Assembly (NCBI RefSeq): GCF_963676685.1
Contig: NC_092355.1
Location: 24,986,001 to 25,050,000, forward strand
DNA from: Mytilus edulis
Taxonomy: Eukaryota
Length of the DNA stretch: 64,000 nt
Reading direction: 5' to 3'
Below the pieces are notes generated by a model that did no database searches, was not told the DNA's origin, and saw only the letters and a list, made by a program, of their open reading frames with translations. Position numbers and translations under genes: made by a program. Shown piece by piece: positions 50,621 to 63,380 of this stretch (positions are counted from its first letter, which is position 1; every line of letters begins with the position of its first letter).

Positions 50621-53600
50621 AATAACAGTGCAATTACATTCTGGATCAATGAAATTCGAACAATAAAGCCAGAGTATGTACTAACAATGTCTTCTTATAT
50701 ATTATATGATTTGGTTCATTGCATATTTTGTTCTTAATGTCTAAGAAATACATATTAGTGAGCGTTGTAGATTTTTCAGACTATTGCTTTTTTTTTGTGA
50801 CGTTTTGTGCTATTTCATTTGTGTATGTCATCCTTGATATGCAGAAGAAAATGTTATTGCTTATTCATATAAAGCAGCAAAACCTACATAAAAACCCTCG
50901 TTTTGAGATCTTGAAAATTAATATTCAAATAGGAGCATTAACTTAAGTCTTATTTTGCTACAAGATGCAGTTATTGAGATAATGGTGTGTGCTAAAAAAT
51001 AAAAAATAAAAAAAACCTCCAAGGTAAATTTGGAAAGTGGAATGTCTATTAAAACTGACACAAGCATCTGCCCGAATTGATTACTAAAGAAACGAAAGAA
51101 AAGTAACCGTCATATTCCTGACTAGGTACAGGCATTGTTCGAAGAAGGACGTAAGGTGATGTAATAGCCAGAAATGTAATAATATCTTGTTTCGTGTAAA
51201 GCTCGTGCTCATATATATGTTGAAAAAACACTTTGCATGAAACGGCCTTGTTGGTAAAAATAAATGCAACAGTAGTATACCGCTGTTCAATAGTCATAAA
51301 TAGATTAAGCAATAATAAATCCGGGTCACAAAACAAAACCGAAGGAAACACATCTATTATAAGAGGAAAAGAACGGAATAACAGAAACACCGAACTGCTA
51401 CAAAAACAAACCCCAACCTACATAGAAACGGATTATTTAATAACAATTTCTGTATTCCAAATACGTAAGTCTAAACCTGTCTTTGACCGCAATGTGATAA
51501 CACATGAGTCTTTCCTGCACTAAAATGCCTAGATTATATCAACATTTATATCTATCAATAAATGAACATAGATTTAAAAGCCTAAAAACTTTTACTATGT
51601 TTCAATTTCGGGGGCTCTTGTCATGCTCCTCCTTTTATGCGTCTGAAGCGCTTTTCTGAATAAACATATATCAGGAATGCGAAAATCTTATTATTTGAAT
51701 GTAAATTACGTCGAAGCTTTAAGAGCGTATTTCACGTTGTGTTGTTGGTTTCCCGTCTTATTAAAATATAGATATACAAATTAGGAGTACGGCTATGATT
51801 GTCCAGACATGATAAGACAATTGGATTCAGGGTCCAAATGATCTGGATGTTTGCAACTATAGATCACCGTACGTCCTTAAAAAAGCAAAACCTATAAATT
51901 ATAATCAGCCCTAGATAGGTCCACCATAATAAAATACGAAATTATTTCAACAAGGAAACCTAAGGCCTGAAACAAAAACGTTAACGTAGAACAGACAGCA
52001 ACTAAGAAGCATCTATTTTCGGTATATTTTGTATATACTTTAAATAATATAGATATAAGTCATATAAAATTTAATGGATTTAAGGATTTCTTTTTCGTTC
52101 TTAATATGATTACTCAAAGCTTGCACAAAAACTGAACATGACTAAATAAAATTTATTTCAAGGTCAAGGTTCAATTTCTTTACAAACATCAACCCGAAAT
52201 ACAATATAATCCCAAGAAATAAACAAAATAACAATTTAAGAAAGCTTAACATGCTTAACATAATGTTTTGTAAAAAAACGGAACATGCTTGAAAGAATAT
52301 TGCCACGCCATTTAAAAAAAAGTGAAGGACAGTTGCTACGATCATGTTTTTTTTTATGCGAAATCAACATCACTCTCCTTGTAAGACACATAGTTTTTAT
52401 TCCCGCTTTCGTATATTTTAATTTTTTACAACCAATTGATATCACATCCACCACCATATCATACTGAATACCTTCTTTTAAAGATATCATTGCATGAACC
52501 GTCTAAACTACATTTTATATCAACATGAATACCTTCTTGTAAGAAAATAACAATCAAAACCAAGGAGTAAACAAAGACTCACAAAACCAAAGGACATTTA
52601 CATCAACAGTTATAAATAATAATTGAGAAACAACACGAAATCCACTAAAAACCGGGAGTGAAATCAGGTGCTCCGGAAGGGTAAGCATTTCCTGCACCGT
52701 ATACGGCACCCGTCGTGTTATTTCTTTGTTCAGTTCGGTAATGATGGAAGGTTCTTATGACTGAGGAAGCATATCAGATATGATTTCTGACACACTTTTG
52801 TCATAATGGCCAATCAGCTAACATAGCATTGGATGAACCGTCTAAACTACATTTTATATCACCATGATTAGAAAATATTAAGACTCAGCATAACCATTTA
52901 ATATCTAATGCATTATCCCCTTTTACAATGAAGGCCGTACAGTTGCCTATAATTGCTTACATCCACTTCATTTGAACTTTGGTGGATATTTGTCTCATAA
53001 TTAGTAATCATACCATAAACTTTTTTATTTAAACTTGAATCAGAAATTAACGGTTTGATACCAAAAACAAGACAGGTGCATATAATGCTGAATTATGAGA
53101 CTATTGTAAAGAGATATTTTGCTATGATTTTTCTTTTCCAACTCACGCTACTCGGCTGAGTTGGAGTTGTCAAGAATTATATGTCGTCATGAACCCAACA
53201 TCATTGACATTGCCTTGGAAAATATAAATATAACAGGATAACAATTATTAATCTGTTAATACGCAATCGTGTCGTAATACAATCTCACATCGGCGGCTTT
53301 AATTTGCTGTCAATTAAGGTCATAATAAACATGATAAAGCAAAAAATTCACGAAATTGGACATTGCTTATGTGTTATAGTGAGTTTAATTCTGTAGCATT
53401 GGTGAATTCATCTGGCGAGAGGGGTTTGGGGAAAGGGGTTTGGGGAGGGGGGCCTAGATGACCCTAGTTCCAAGCTTTTGTTAAAAAAAAAACAATTTCA
53501 ATAAATTTTCTAATTCGATTTCAACCCTTTCCTTTTTCTATCATCTTAAAAACGTGTTATATTGTTCTTTTATTTGTCTTTGTTCTATTATTAATATTAC

Positions 53601-53844
53601 TTTTACTGTTTGGTCTGTTTTCTGTAATATCCATTTGACGTGGCTCGGTACTTATACATCCCGTTAATGTGTTTGTATTATCTTTCATTTTTTCTGGTGT
53701 GTTTTGTATGTGCGACTTTTTGTGTTTCCTTGGTTCATATGACGTGACTCTGTACTTTTAAAGATCCCGCCATTATGATATTGTTCTATTATATGTCATA
53801 ATGTTATTGTTCTTTTATAAATTTGAAAATACTTCGAACGACAA

Positions 53845-54003
53845 AATTGTTTTACTCGCGTAGTGGTATTAACCATATGTGGATTCATAAAAATTCTAAA
53901 CAACTTCTGGATAATTTTAAATCTCGGTCTGTTCCTGAAATTAGTTCTAACATGACTTTTGATTTTTTAACTCTGTATACCACCATTCCTCATGTGAAAT
54001 TAT
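53845..54003 (+). pseudogene. Penelope-like RT fragment
   Basis: SRSGINHMWIHKNSKQLLD...TFDFLTLYTTIPHVKL, homologous to the RT at 47746-48549. Confidence 0.8.
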
Positions 54004-54149
54004 ACTTTTTTGGAAAAAACTTTGAACGACTAAATTATTTTATATTTCTTCCTATATGACGTTTATATTTTCTAACGTCATACACGCGTAGCAATGCATG
54101 TGGTTTTTAAATTTGATAGATGCTTTTTGTACTTTTTAGTTATATATTT

Positions 54150-54470
54150 GTTTGTTTTGAGATTGTGTGACACAATGATGACTGCTGTACCCATAGTGTG
54201 AATATTTTACCTATTATGTCTGTTTTGTTCACACATCGTTGTAAATGTAATGGAATTTGATGCGACTGTCATACAAGTGAGAGGTTTAGCGCTATAAAAC
54301 CAGGTTCAAACCACCATTTTCTACAATTGAAAATGCCTGTATCAAGTCAAGAATATGACAGTTGTTATCCATTCGTTTGATGTGTTTTATATTTGATTTT
54401 GCAATTTCATTAGGGACGTTCCGTTTTGAATTTTCCTCGGAGTTCAGCATTTTTGTGATTTTACTTTTTC
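54150..54470. repeat. Interspersed repeat, inverted copy at 58378-58560 and partial copy at 45845-46020
   Basis: CTATAAAACCAGGTTCAAACCACCATTTTCTAC..TCCGTTTTGAATTTTCCTCGGAGTTCAG shared. Confidence 0.75.
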
Positions 54471-55063
54471 ATCCTTTGAGGATAATACCTGTCTCCTTTT
54501 TGTTGGAAATCACTGTAAGGTATTGTGTCCTCACTGCTTTTCAACTTTGTACTGTATTTGGTCTTTCATCTTTTCTTATTCGAGAGTCACTAACGAGTCA
54601 TTTGTAGACGAAACGCGAGTCTGGCATACACAATTTTAATCCTAGTATATAATGATTTTATTCATATTACAATGTAGTATGCTTTTTATAAATACCGAAT
54701 CATAAGTTGGTTTTATATTTTTTTTATAAATTTTACTAAATTCCGATTATTTAACAAATAATAAATGAGGAAGACATGTATTCTTGTGTATAAAATTGAC
54801 TGACACGTCGACTTAGATTTTCAAGGAAATCGCGAATAAGGTAAGATTCCCCGTGCAATACTGTCATAATTCATAGTCTTATCTGGTTACTAGTATATTG
54901 TTCAGACTCTTAGTAGTCGATCAATCTATTCTCTGACTTTCAAAACATAGCGCTTAGTGAAGAAGCAGCAGGTGGAGGGTTGGAAATAACAGTCCTCGCT
55001 TCAACACAACTATACAAATGGCGTTTTTTTCTGTCTTTTTTGTAAATGGTCTAAAGCTAGTTA

Positions 55064-55271
55064 CTGTGGATTCATTTATTTTCGTGGATATCAATTTTCG
55101 TGGATTGTTGAAAACTTTAACATTCGTGGATATTTCATTTCATTGTTTGCCATTCTCTGTATACAAAACCTATTGAAAATATGATATTTGTTGAATATTT
55201 GAAGTCGTGGTTCACCTTTACCCACGAAACTCACAAAAATTTGTATCCAACGAATAGTAAGGAATCTACAG
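55064..55271. mobile_element. MITE with TA target-site duplication
   Basis: TA|CTGTGGATTC ... GAATCTACAG|TA with internal TTCGTGG/CCACGAA repeats. Confidence 0.75.
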
Positions 55272-55902
55272 TATCTTGTAAAATTGACCCGATCAATTAC
55301 TCTCCCTTTGCTTTTTTGTCAGATAATTACAAATTGATTATTTCGATGAATTTCAGATTTTATCGCTCAACAATTAATTTTCAGTTGACAGTTTATGATA
55401 CATAGTATATTCCTTTGAGACAAAAAGTTAGAAAACACAAAAATTAATTTAAAATGTATAGACATTTTGAACAAATTTTATTTAAATTGATGTTTGTGTC
55501 TCAAAATTGTTCACATGCAATTTCTTTTAATCGATGTCGCCAATTGTGAATTATTTTTATTTCTGTTAAAAAGCAGTTTCGAAGAACCATTCGATAACTT
55601 TTAAAATAATCAGGATGTGACGACTTAATTTGGCTGCTGGTTCTTTGTTTCATAGGCAAGAAATGTGTGTTTCCATTATATTTGTGCATCCTTATGGTCA
55701 ATTGATTGAGATAAACTAGGATTTTCTCAGAAATAGAAAATAAACTTGGATAGCATTTACTTTATCATTTGATGAGTATTTTTTTAATCTCCCAGATTAT
55801 ATCAAATATGCATTAAAATGGAAAATATTGGATTAAGCTCTAAAAATGAGAAAAACCTAAATATGTTTTTGAAAAATTCAAGGATTTTCGATGAATTTTC
55901 GT

Positions 55903-56055
55903 TCAAATGCATAGCACTTACTGATTATAGTGAGCCAATATCAAATGCATAGCACTTACTGAGTATAGTGAGCCAATATCAAATGCATAGCACTTACTGA
56001 GTATAGTGAGCCAATATCAAATGCATAGCACTTACTGAGTATAGTGAGCCAATAT
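55903..56055 (+). repeat. 38-bp minisatellite, 4 near-identical copies
   Basis: TCAAATGCATAGCACTTACTGAGTATAGTGAGCCAATA at 55903, 55941, 55979, 56017. Confidence 0.95.
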
Positions 56056-57532
56056 AGGATCTAAAAGAAACAATTCTCATTTGGAGAGGTACGAGCCTGC
56101 ACAACGTTAACTTGGGCGTTTCTTTGTTTCTCTTTGCTTTTGCAAAATGGCCTTCTAAATACATTCGATTAACTCTATATCATCACTCTTTATTTGACCT
56201 TGATCTTTTTAACAGCAAATGCTAATTGCTAATTTCTATGCATTGCTGTAGATTTTATCAGTTAACAATTAATTTTATGAAGTTGAAAATTAATTATGTT
56301 TAATGTTTGCAGTTTTCCTTTGAGACACAAGGTCTCAACTACAAACAACAGAATAACTATTTGAGCAAAGATATTCATACTAATTATATTTTAAATGAGA
56401 AGTATAGTTTCATAATTTTGCATGACATTTTTTTTAATCGATGTCAGTCCTTGTGAATTATGTTATTTCTGTTTGATCTTAGAAGGAATATTGAAGATTC
56501 ATTCGATTTCTTTTAGAATCATCAGAATGAGGCGAGTTAACTTAGCTGCATGTTTTCTATTTTATGGGACAAACCTATCCGTTTCCGTCATTTTTGTGAA
56601 TATACATATGGTCAACGGTAAGTATTGATTATGTTGAAAGAATTGAAATAGACGGAGATTTTCAAAAAAACAACCGTATTTTTTATGTTCTCTCTTCGTG
56701 CGATTCTATACTTTTGAGGGGTAAGGGATTTAAGATTATAAGACCTAAATTTTTCTGGAATAAGATAACAGGAAAGGTTATGTGTGTGTTATGTATCCAT
56801 GGTTAACAGTAAGGAACTAGTGGGAAATAATGTGTGTTATTTATTAAGTAATCATCATGGGAAATGTAAGTGAAATAGTCGCAAAAAATGAACAAGAACC
56901 GTTGATTTCAAATATCAGATATTAATTGTAAATTCCAAAAGGAGAAGTAAGAAAGAAAGGGTTTTACATATATTATGTATATCAGATATCTTGGATTAAT
57001 TCTAAGTACTAGGTAGAATACAACCGATTGATTTTCGTTTATTTATCTATTTATTTATTTATTTGCTTGTTTTTTTTTTATTTGTTTTGTTTTTTACCAC
57101 TGTGGTTAATTCCGTACTTTACAGAAGATTCAGTGAATTAATATATGTTTAGTCTATCTTTAGATTGTTTATTATGTATTTTAACATGTAGAAATCAACA
57201 ACATACTGAATTGTCTAAATAGCTACTAAACACTACTGTATTGGCTGCAAACGAATTGTCATAATAGTACTGAATGTACAGTAGTTGATACGTCTGAAAA
57301 TAACTGAAAGAATGAATATGACAATAAACTTGATATTAAGATCAAAATGACAAATTCAGACTAAATTCATGTACTAGTGAACAATGTATTGCATGTATAA
57401 AAAGGCAATGATAATTAATACCTGATTGAAACAGACACATATAGAAAAAGTTATGCTGTTTAATACAAAAATTTCCAAGAATTAATACCACTCTGCACTC
57501 ACCATACTATTAATTTACATGTTTATTAACAG

Positions 57533-57763
57533 GTCAGAACATTGCTTTAGGGAAACCGACTAAACAGTCATCTGATTTTTACTTGGGAAATATTCCGCAG
57601 TTCTCATACTTAGCAGTGGACGGAAGTACAAGCAACCAACATAGGTTTGATATTCCCGGATGTACTCATACAGAAAATGAATTAAACAGTTGGTGGTCTG
57701 TCGATCTTGGTGCAATATATCTCATATCTCGTGTTATTATTTGGGGACGAAAAGATTGTTGCA
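57533..57763 (+). CDS. F-type lectin (fucolectin) domain, N-terminal exon
   Basis: AACAG acceptor, A|GTGAGT donor, phase 1-1; QNIALGKPTKQSS..AVDG..CTHTENELNSWWSVDLG..VIIWGRKDCC. Confidence 0.92.
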
Positions 57764-59151
57764 GTGAGTACTATTGATTTATGTTACATACAATGGGCAT
57801 TCTGTATATATTTGTTCAGTAAAACGGACGAAGATAATAAAAAGTAGAAATTTTACAAATAATACTGGTACTTAGATCCAAAACGAGTTAATTGCAAAAA
57901 CATGTATTTTATTGTCTGAAAATGTAGCTTTTCTTTTTGTTCTTTTCTTTTTTAAGTTCTCCAAATACATTTTGATAGGCTTGTCAATTCTATATTTTAG
58001 AGCCACCGATATATATGTGTAGACTTTGTCATAATGAATACTAGCCTTTCAATTTCTTGATGTGTTTAATTTTTTAACAATCACTACACATTCTAGTTGA
58101 TAGATATTTTTCATGTACATGTATACATGTCATACGCGTTTCCAAAATTGATTTCTTACATGGTTGCTATTACTACTAATATCGAGAATATGAAAGAAAA
58201 CAATGGATCAATTATTCCAAAATAACACTAAAAGGATCACTAGTGCATCTTGAAATTATCATATAATCTGTAAACTTTCAAATACATGTACATGTTTTAA
58301 TTAGTTAAACATCTCTTGTATATTACTTTTATAGTGAATAGCAGCTTGCCGTTGTGAAAATCACATAAATCAATTAAAAAGTAAAATCACAAAAATACTG
58401 AACTCCGAGGAAAATTCAAAACGGAAAGTCCCTAATCAAATGGCAAAATCAAAAGCTCAAACACATCAAACGAATGGATAATTATAACAACTGTCATATT
58501 CCTGACTTGGTACAGGCATTGTCTTATGTAGAAAATGGTGGATTGAACCTGGTTTTATAGGCTAAAAAAAGAAAGTTGCCAAAAACTTAACAACTGAAGG
58601 ACTCTAATGAACGCCAAACGGAGCATGACTTGATGCATCGACAGGAAGGGTGTCCCTTGATCATGTTGATATGATGCATACATCACCTGCTATACAAATC
58701 CATACTCAGTCAAAGTGTCATAAACAGGAATATGAAATTAATCAATGAATTAACGATTTGACGTTTTCCGTGATTGGGGCCTTAAAAATTGTGTAAGTAT
58801 ATAGAGTATATATCAGTCATTCCTCAAATCTCTGCATTATTTATGTTGGGTAATGTTAGGAGAACAGCCGTGGTTATGATGTTCTCATAGTGGGAACATG
58901 TATGAGCGTAATATTTTTATTGAGGTTTGTAAACGCAAAATAATAGACAGAAGCTAGGCTACTACCAAAATGAGGAGTACCTATTTGGAAAGTTGAATTC
59001 ATCACGTTTGTCACATACTTTAGGCCAACATTAAAAATATCTTTGTTTCCCCTCCCCAACTGGGGTTATCAGGGTATGGGTAGGTAGGAAGGCAAATTAT
59101 TTTATTTTATTTCTTGATATAATTTTTCTATATTGAATTTTTACAAAATTC

Positions 59152-59812
59152 AACAGGTAAGATAAGTCAAAAACAGTGGGATATTCCCTGTATTCAGTGT
59201 ACACCCCAGTTTTCTGGTGTTAAAAACAGTTTACAGGGACCTCCTTTTTCCTATTCATTTTATGGTATGAATCAACAAAAGCACACATTCTTAGATAACA
59301 ATGTTTAATGAAAGCAAGTGTTTAATAAGTTAAAAATCAAGCTTATTTCAAGTTTAATTTGATGCATAACTCACAACAAAACAATTCCTGTGTTCACCAA
59401 TTCATACCTTGATCATCAATTATGAGATGACAAAAAGATATGTTAATCTCTCGGGAACTAAAATTCAATGAATAAAAATTTTCAATAGAAGTGAACATAA
59501 TTCAGTAATGTTCAGTTACACCTGGATCATGCAGCTTGGTCAATTAATTCCTAAACAAAAGATGTGTATGTTTTTTTCGAGTTCTAGAAAAAAACAAGGC
59601 TTCACTTATTCGTGTTTTGTTGTACCCAGAATTCTTTGAGTATTTACAAATTCAACTGATGAATAACATAAAACGTGCCCTTTAATAAATTTATGCCATA
59701 AATTAAAAAAAAACACATTTAAACTGGTCTTGTTTACACCAGAAATCATGGAGGTTCCCTGAAAGCAGGGAATTCACGTATCCAACATTTTCTGACTTGT
59801 GCCCAACCTGTT
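59152..59812. mobile_element. Decayed MITE with long imperfect TIRs in the lectin intron
   Basis: AACAGGT..AAGTCA..TTCCCTG..TTTCTGGTGT mirrored by ACACCAGAAA..CAGGGAAT..TGACTT..ACCTGTT. Confidence 0.55.
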
Positions 59813-60538
59813 CGAAGTCGAAGACAAAGTAGATTGATTTCAAAGCACGATTCAGACCATTTTTACTCAAAGATTGTATCCTTTAAATAGGAACGGAGGT
59901 TAAAGACAAAGCCAATCAAGGTGCACTCAGTGGGTTAAAAGATACTTCAGATTTTTTATTTTCAAATATCACTCTTGCACACAACACAAATCGTGTGGCA
60001 AGGCTTATGTTTGTTTTCCTTGATTCCGAATCATATAGACGCTTCAATGCAAAAAGGCCTTGATTTAAAACGCTTGTTGATTACAGCATCGGAAAGGTAT
60101 GACAAAAAACTAACGCACGTTTACTACAGCATCAGAAAGATGTCACCAAAAACCAACGTAGCAGCAAAAAAAAAACAAATTGGACAAGAATGGCCAATAA
60201 AATTTTCGAGCCGCGGCGATTTTACCGGGTTGGTCGGGACAAACAGTATTTTATTTTTGGCCTTACTTAAAAATCGTCTTTCTGTGTCAATATCTATGAA
60301 ATATGAAGATTTGAACGAAATGGTGGTAGTATAAATCTTTAATTTCAAGTTCACTGTGATAAATGAGCTACAAGCACTCACTGAAATGTAGGTGTTTGAG
60401 TGACAGAACATGGTCAATATATATAAAAAAGGAATTAAAAAAATATAGTAAGATTTGTGTTTGTCTTTGAGTAGGTTATTTTTAATTCTCCTTCATATGA
60501 GTTTAACCCCAGTGTCAAGCGACGCTTGTATGAGTGAA

Positions 60539-60705
60539 GCCAAGGTGGTCGTGTGGTATACCGCACCGGATACAGTGCAGGCGATTTGGTGTCACGATAT
60601 CTCAGTAGCATGGGTTCGAATCCCGGCAAGGGAAGAACAAAAAATTTGCGAAAGCAAATTTACCGATCTAACATTATTGGGTTGATGTTTAGACGAGTTG
60701 TATAT
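60539..60705 (+). mobile_element. tRNA-derived SINE
   Basis: Box A TGGTCGTGTGG, box B GGTTCGAATCC; 3-prime tail TTGGGTTGATGTTTAGACGAGTTGTATATA also at ~30905-30975. Confidence 0.7.
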
Positions 60706-61085
60706 ACATTATGTACACAGCAATGTATCACCATCATTGCTGGTGATCCGATGGATAAATCTGTTGTAGAGTTGTCAGTGACTCAGACATACTTATATAT
60801 ATATAAATTGAAAACTACGTTCAAACCTATGATTGCGTTGGATAAAAACCACATTTTTTATACGTGTGCATGTAAAACAAATTTCGTTGTAGAAGGGTCT
60901 AAACGCATTTGACTAACAGGTCGAACAACTGATGTTCTTAAACCCTGCTGACTGCCATTGGCGCTTGCTAAATAAAATTGATCACGAGATGTAACAAAAT
61001 GGATCTTAAACACTAAACAGACAACGATAAACTTGTGGCCAAGATGTTATGCCACAAACACAAGGTGTCCATATTTTTTTTTGTA

Positions 61086-61127
61086 CACCAGATCTAGATT
61101 TCGACAATATATGTCTCTTCAGTGATG
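61086..61127 (-). ncRNA. Minimal type I hammerhead ribozyme motif
   Basis: Minus strand CATCA-CTGAAGA-GAC-atatatt-GTC-GAAA-TCTAGA-TC-TGGTG: all stems pair, palindromic stem III. Confidence 0.8.
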
Positions 61128-61943
61128 TTAGGGATCGAAACGTTATTTGAAAGGCCATATAATTTACTCTCAATTTCAGATAGACTCTTGAATTTTAAGA
61201 GTCAATATAGGATGAACGGATCATATAAACCGGAGGGAAAATATGATACAAGCCTAAACGAAAAAATATAAACGAGTCTAAATTGAAAACTACATTCAAA
61301 GCTATGATTACGTTGGATAAAACATGCAAAAACCGCAATTTTTATACGTGTGCATGTAAAACCAATTTCGTTGTAGAAGGGTCTAAATCTTTTCGATTAA
61401 AGCATTAATGGTGACCGTAATACTTTTGCAGTGTAAATTTCGGGCGTCCATCCTCATCTTGAAAGTTGCAATCATCTCGTTTTTCGTATATAAAAGTAAG
61501 ACGTTGTCAAGCTATGCCAATATCAAGATATAAAGCAGACATTCTACATTTAGAAGAATCCTAAATCTCAAATTCACTGGAATATATAAGTTGCAAGCAA
61601 TCACTGAAATGCTGGTTATTTCTAACTAAATCACCATTTTCTTGAAAGCAGTTAGAGTATTAAAAGACATTTTTGTGATTTTTTTTAATTTCGACTGTCT
61701 ACTTCATGAGTTGTTCCAATTCATTTAATGAGGATTTAATCATTTAGATCGCCATTTTGCTCTGTATTTTACCACCCACCATAGAGGTAAATATCTACAT
61801 TGCAACATATAACAATGGATTGTGTGTCCTGTGGATATTTTGCATAATATTAAAAGTAGTATAAAAATATGTGATAATGTAACCCTGCTTATGCAATAAA
61901 ACTGATATAATTAAAAGTAATATATATAAATGTATGATTACAG

Positions 61944-62210
61944 TTCGAAGACTTTCGTCATTTAGCATTGATGCTGCTATGCCTGTAAAGCCCCATAAAT
62001 GTGGACCCTATCAATTTGGTACCTGGACAGACTTTGACAAGGGAGAGATTTCCGAATGTTATTACCAAAAAGTGAAAGTCGACTTTCTTAACGCAACCTG
62101 TCAGCAAAATACAGTGGGACAGTTCGTTCGTATTCAGTTAGATAAGACAAATCCTCTTACATTGTGCGAAGTTGAAATATTCGGCAGACAGTTACCGTCA
62201 GTATATATAG
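61944..62210 (+). CDS. F-type lectin domain, C-terminal exon
   Basis: TACAG acceptor, AG|GTATAA donor, phase 1-1; IRRLSSFSI...C...TVGQFVRIQL..PLTLCEVEIFG. Confidence 0.9.
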
Positions 62211-62409
62211 GTATAAGAGATGAGCTTTATTTCCTTCATAGTTTTTCTTTATTAATGATTTTGTTTTGTATTATTTTTATCAATTTTTGTGTCTTCGTGT
62301 AAATAGCTTCATTGGATTTTTTACATGGATACATGTACTTGAAATAGCATAAAAAATCAACGGTAGATTTTTTTCTGTAGAATTTTAAGATAATTGTCTA
62401 TGGCTTTTT

Positions 62410-63380
62410 AATACCAATGCTTGCATCATTTCAAAAACATTATTCACATTCATCTGTCATTTTAGTGACTAATTAAAGGCATATGAATTAAAAAAAAAAC
62501 ACAAACACTTTGCCAAATAAAAAAACGGTGCACATTTCAAGCTGATATCCGAAAAGTTAGTGTTTAATGCATATTTTTTTCTTCATATTTCGATAGTGCA
62601 TTTCAAAATTCACTTTGTGTTTAAACCTTACGGAAATTACAACGAGGGATCTTTTCTGTATCATATGCATTTATTTTATACTTTTGTGTTTTTACCGCAC
62701 TTTTAAGCACCGCTTTTGGGCTATTTCGTGGCGCCCAGTTTATATAAGTGGTGGAAGTCGGAGTGCCCGGAGAAAACCATCGATAGGAAAACTGACAATC
62801 CTAGTCAATTAAGATTGGAGTCGAGTGCACCCGCACGAGCGGGGTTCGAACTCACAACCTCAGTGTTGACTGGCTAGTGATTACAGTAGTAACTACTTAG
62901 ACCACTCGGCCACCGAGGCCCCCTTCTGTATCATATACCCTTAATATGAAACAATTAACTAAACCATACCATATTTCCTTTTTTGTATGATAATCAGTAA
63001 TTTTCTAAATTGTGAAATACTTGTGAAATACTTATTGAAGAAGGTTTTTCTAAAACCAGCATGGCTTTATAGTACCAATGATTGCATCATTCCAATAACA
63101 TTATTCGAATTCATCTGTTGTTTTATTGACTTATTAAAGTCATATGTCTTAAAAAACACTTTGCCAAATAAAAAAAACGTGCATATTTCAAGCTCATATG
63201 CGAAAAGTTAGTCATGTATGCATATTTTTTTTTCATATTTCGATAGTGCATTTCAAAATTCACTTTGTGTAAAAACCTTACGGAAATTAAAACGAGGGAT
63301 CGTTTCTGTATCGTTTAACCTTAATATGAAATAACTAAATAAATTATACAAGATTTCCTTTTTTGTATGATTATCAATAA
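62410..63380 (+). repeat. Tandem duplication (~62410-62995 with SINE; ~63070-63380 without)
   Basis: Shared ACACTTTGCCAAATAAAAAAA..CATATTTCGATAGTGCATTTCAAAATTCACTTTGTGT..AACCTTACGGAAATTA blocks. Confidence 0.85.
62667..62923 (-). mobile_element. Full-length tRNA-derived SINE (V-domain-like core) with 13-bp TSD
   Basis: Minus strand GGGGCCTCGGTGGCCGAGTGG (box A), GTTCGAACCC (box B), GGTTTTCTCCGGGCACTCCG core; TSD TTCTGTATCATAT at 62654-62666 and 62924-62936. Confidence 0.88.

Noticed and set aside
54584-54626. Active hammerhead ribozyme
   Set aside because: Core mutated (CTAACGA instead of CTGATGA); counted only as a decayed copy
55903-56055. 38-bp repeats (and the 45-bp repeats at 8758-9090) as a CRISPR array
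   Set aside because: Head-to-tail units with no unique spacers, no cas genes, eukaryotic context
60539-60632. Functional tRNA gene (also 62835-62923)
   Set aside because: A/B boxes are present but there is no canonical cloverleaf, and the heads continue into SINE bodies
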